Assembly: GCA_951406725.2 (NCBI GenBank)
Contig: OX597828.1
Location: forward strand, 36,704,001 to 36,768,000
Source: Octopus vulgaris
Lineage: Eukaryota
Reading direction: 5' to 3'
Length of the DNA: 64,000 bases
The notes below the pieces were generated by a model that had not been told where the DNA came from, searched no databases, and was given only the letters and a program-made list of their open reading frames with translations. A program made the translations under genes and the position numbers. This document shows positions 58,922 through 64,000 of this stretch, in pieces. How positions within the stretch are numbered: position 1 is the first letter of the stretch; each line of letters begins with the position of its first letter.

Positions 58922-60322
58922 GGTATGCAGAAAAACACAACATGGACAAGAACGTATAACTCTCAGAAGACGACACAATAAACACGGACAGGACACTCGA
59001 AACCCCCAGTCCCCGGTCAAGAACCGGATCATCGCAGCAACCTCGGCTGATTAATCTTGAGATTACTAGATCACGGCCAGCCCCCCAAGAAAAACCAAGC
59101 AACGAGCACCAGAAAAACTAAGCTGGGAGCGTAGATTTCCTGGAAGAAGGATCGAATGCATACGAACACCGGGACAGCAAAAGGGACGAATATAAAAGGC
59201 AAAAAACAATAATGGAATACAGAAACACGAAATACAGAAGCATTAACGGTGAAAACAACAAGTGACTTACGACTGATAACAAGCAAACAAATTTTCTCTG
59301 GCGCATTGGAAAGGAGCCTTATCGGCGATGCCTTGGCGGCGGACGAAAAACAACGATGTTGACACGTCGCTGGTGGGAAGCTGAGAGGCAGATTTCGGCC
59401 AGCGGTCACGTGACAGAGAAGAGAGAAAAGAAAAGAAAGAGAAGCAAAGGAAGGAAGAGAGAGAGAGAGAGAGAGAGAGGAGGGACAAACGCAACAAGGG
59501 GAGAGAAGAGAGAGAAAGAAGGAATCAGAGAGGAGAAGGGATGGGTGTCGAAGATTGACCTGTGAGTGCAGAGCGAGACAAAGAAATGGAAGGGTAGGGG
59601 AAGAGTAGACCAAAGAATCAGAGGAAAGAGAAGAGAAAAAGAGGATGAGTAGAGAGAAAAAGAGAGAGAAGGGGACAGATCAAGTAAAAGTGAGAGAGAG
59701 AGAGACAAACAGAGAGTCGTACCAATTTTTAAGAATATGTGCTCACATTAATGTTAAGAGGGTACGTAGCGCCTGGAATATATATTAAGGCATGCAGAAA
59801 AACACAACATGGACAAGAACGTATAACTCTCAGAAGACGACACAATAAACACGGACAGGACACTCGAAACCCCCAGTCCCCAGTCAAGAACCGGATCATC
59901 GCAGCAACCTCGGCTGATTAATCTTGAGATTACTAGATCACGGCCAGCCCTCCAAGAAAAACCAAGCAACGAGCACCAGAAAAACTAAGCTGGGAGCGTA
60001 GATTTCTTGGAAGAAGGATCGAATGCATACGAACACCGGGACAGCAAAAGGGACGAATATAAAAGGCAAAAAACAATAATGGAATACAGAAACATGAAAT
60101 ACAGAAGCATTAACCGTGAAAACAACAAGTGTCTTACGACTGATAACAAGCAAACAAATTTTCTCTGGCGCATTGGAAAGGAGCCTTATCGGCGATGCCT
60201 TGGCGGCGGACGAAAAACAACGATGTTGACACGTCGCTGGTGGGAAGCTGAGAGGCAGATTTCGGCCAGCGGTCACGTGACAGAGAAGAGAGAAAAGAAA
60301 AGAAAGAGAAGCAAAGGAAGGA

Positions 60323-60353
<31 letters not shown>

Positions 60354-61178
60354 GAGGGACAAACGCAACAAGGGGAGAGAAGAGAGAGAAAGAAGGAATC
60401 AGAGAGGAGAAGGGATAGGTGTCGAAGATTGACCTGTGATTGCAGAGCGAGACAAAGAAATGGAAGGGTAGGGGAAGAGTAGACCAAAGAATCAGAGGAA
60501 AGAGAAGAGAAAAAGAGGATGAGTAGAGAGAAAAAGAGAGAAGGGGACAGATCAAGTAAAAATGAGAGAGAGAGAGACAAACAGAGAGTCGTACCAATTT
60601 TTAAGAATATGTGCTCACATTAATGTTAAGAGGGTACGTAGCGCCTGGAATATATATTAAGGTATGCAGAAAAACACAACATGGACAAGAACGTATAACT
60701 CTCAGAAGACGACACAATAAACACGGACAGGACACTCGAAACCCCCAGTCCCCGGTCAAGAACCGGATCATCGCAGCAACCTCGGCTGATTAATCTTGAG
60801 ATTACTAGATCACGGCCAGCCCTCCAAGAAAAACCAAGCAACGAGCACCAGAAAAACTAAGCTGGGAGCGTAGATTTCCTGGAAGAAGGATCGAATGCAT
60901 ACGAACACCGGGACAGCAAAAGGGACGAATATAAAAGGCAAAAAACAATAATGGAATACAGAAACATGAAATACAGAAGCATTAACGGTGAAAACAACAA
61001 GTGTCTTACGACTGATAACAAGCAAACAAATTTTCTCTGGCGCATTGGAAAGGAGCCTTATCGGCGATGCCTTGGCGGCGGACGAAAAACAACGATGTTG
61101 ACACGTCGCTGGTGGGAAGCTGATGTATATATATATATTCATATATATATACACATGTATATATATATATATACATAT

Positions 61179-61271
<93 letters not shown>

Positions 61272-62180
61272 AATAAAAAATGGAGTCAACGCAGGTTTAA
61301 ACAAGTATTTTTTCTTTCTACATATGTTTCAAAAATTCCACTGATACTTATTCAAAAGAATAAAAGGTATAAACAATGCAATCTTCTCTTCGGGAAAGTG
61401 AAAAAACGAAACTTGTCAATACGACATTTTAGCAAAAAATGATGGATTCGTATAGCGATAGACAGAACGCTATTAATATTGTTTAAAAAAACGTTATATG
61501 ATGTAACGTCATAAGTAGCTAACAGAAAGAGTAGGGATATTAATAGTGAATGTTAAATATAAAGGAAATTAAAGTCTAAACTATATATAATGATAGAGAC
61601 TACTTATATGCACTAAAAGTATGTTTTTGCCAATGCTTACATCTGTATGCTCGTTCTATAACCGTGTTTACTAGAGTATTTTTAGAAAAAATAATGAAAA
61701 ATAGCTCAGAATTGCAGAGAAGACAGAATTTCTTGCCTTTGTCATATGGTATCGAAATTGAGAGGATCAACCATTCCAAATGAAATTGTTCATTGTGGTC
61801 TTTTAAATTCCAAATCAGTTTGCTGATATATATATATACACACATATACACATACATATGTTATAACCTGCCCGCCGAGGTATGGAATTTTTCAACGTAA
61901 CGGTAAATAAATATTTTCTTAAAACTTCTTGCATCATTTACGCACCGATACTTTGAAAAATTTCATACCTCTACGAGCAAGTCATAAATATATATATATA
62001 CGAAAATAAATGTAAAAGAAAAATTCTAATGCCAAATATGCCGGCATATTTGGCATTAAATTTTACTTTTGCCCTTATTTTTGTAAATTATTTATAAATT
62101 TAACCTTTAAAGATATTATTTGATATGCTGGCCATTGATAACATTTTTTTCCCGAAAAAAAAATGTATCCTACATGTATA

Positions 62181-62248
<68 letters not shown>

Positions 62249-63310
62249 TGTAGCGAATCTTGCATGCATGTAGCCAAATTTAAATCAACACTGCTACAGA
62301 ACTTTTCCCATCGTGGAACAATGGTTTTTCTCTGACACCGGTTTTACATTTTCCAGATGCCTTTAGCTAGGCCAAAAAAATGTCTCCCCCACTTGACCCT
62401 TTCTGACCTCTTCTACTTCACCAAAAGCTAGAATAGATAACAAGACCACCAACTAAATTTATTGTTCTCAATGATATATCTATCCTTCTGGATCTTTATA
62501 TAAGTAAGCATACCCCAAGCAAAGGTCAGTCAGTAACTTGTCGGCGACTGAACAAGGCAGTTCGTGACGACTCAATTAGTAAGGAAAGGACTGCTAGAAT
62601 AGAAATGGTCAGAGAGAGAAATAAAAAATTACTACCAGCAACTTCAGACAACGTCCCACACTCTCTCACTTTCACTAACTCTAACTCAGTTCTCTTACAA
62701 CATCATACTGTCTCCACAATTACTACTGAACCATGAAGAGAACCCAGCATTCTACCGCATCTAACTTTCGCATGCTTTTGGATTTATGAACCTGCCCGTC
62801 GAGGCAAGGTATTGTAACGTAAGGGTAAATAAACAGTTCCTTCAAACTTCATGCATTCTTCATCTTACTTACACATTTTACAATTTGCCGTTTCAACAAC
62901 AAACTCGAATCGTCACAATTTGCTGACCATAACATTTCATAATATTGTGCATCAAATCACACATACATACACACATACATACACACATACATACACACAT
63001 ACATACACACATACATACACACACACACATACATACATACGTACATACACACACATACATACATATATATATGCATACACATACATACATACATACATAC
63101 ATACATACATACATACACACATACACACACACATACACAAACACACAAACACACACATACACACACACATACATACACACACACAACATACATACACACA
63201 CAATACATACACACAAATACATTCATACATACATACATACATACATACATACAAACATACACACACACACACACGTACACATACATACATACATACATAC
63301 ATACATACAT

Positions 63311-63470
63311 AGGAGTGGCTGTGTGGTAAGTAGCTTGCTTACCAACCACATGGGTCCGGGTTCAGTCCCACTGCGTGGCATCTTGGGCAAGTGTCTTCTG
63401 CTATAGCCCCGGGCCGACCAAAGCCTTGTGAGTGGATATTCTAGACGGAAACTGAAAGAAGCCTGTCGTA

Positions 63471-63521
<51 letters not shown>

Positions 63522-63735
63522 ATATGTTTGTGTGTCTTTGTTTGTCCTCCTAGCATTGCTTGACAACCGATGCTGGTGTGTTTGCGTCCTCGTCAATTTG
63601 CGGTTCGACAAAAGAGACTGATAGAATAAGTACTGGGCTTACAAAGAATGAGTCCCGGTGTCGATTTGCTCGACTAAAGGCGGTGCTCCAGCATGGCCGC
63701 AGTCAAATGACTGAAATAAGTAAAAGAGAGAGAGA
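63311..63735 (+). mobile_element. tRNA-derived SINE, near full length
   Basis: AGGAGTGGCTGTGTGGTAAG...GGGTTCAGTCCC head, internal (TA)/(TG) tract, and a tail ending CAGTCAAATGACTGAAATAAGTAAAAG. Confidence 0.8.
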
Positions 63736-63755
63736 GTATACATACATACATACAT

Positions 63756-63786
<31 letters not shown>

Positions 63787-64000
63787 TACACACATACACA
63801 CATACACACATATACACATACATACTTACATACATACATATATACATACATACATATATACAGTCTCTATTGTCAAGACATCTGCCGGATGCAGATAGTG
63901 GCGGGCGGCAGACATCAAGGTGGCGAAAAGTTAACCCCTTTGCTCCTCCCTTTACATGAATATCCAACACATGCATGTATACACACACACACATATAAAT

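Larger units (their letters stand above)
38330..62956 (+). repeat. Segmental direct duplication, copy 2
   Basis: Near-identical to 8545-33146, including all nested transposon insertions. Confidence 0.97.

Overview
AT-rich, repeat-dense animal genomic DNA. The SINE families and microsatellite load resemble those of octopod cephalopods (inference from repeat types). Almost all ORFs in the supplied track are microsatellite translations or transposon remnants. The main result is a spliced five-exon + strand gene that the track misses (13873-25330). It encodes a 171-aa secreted precursor: signal peptide, RKR furin site, and a 119-aa, 10-Cys neurotrophin/Spaetzle-like cystine-knot domain. The gene occurs twice (second copy 43636-55122) with an apparently identical CDS, inside a ~24.6-kb near-identical direct duplication (period ~29.8 kb). 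The introns hold a Helitron-like element, a Ginger/GIN-type integrase relic, an RTE LINE fragment, a mariner and SINEs. The flanks contain a cluster of Penelope-associated minimal type I hammerhead ribozymes (canonical, U3-A8 covariant and recurrent CCGANGA cores), a Penelope fold-back, solo-LTR-like TG...CA elements in (TA)n tracts, an ~870-bp tandem array and inverted copies of the gene's 3' flank. All coordinates were read by eye; no searches were run.
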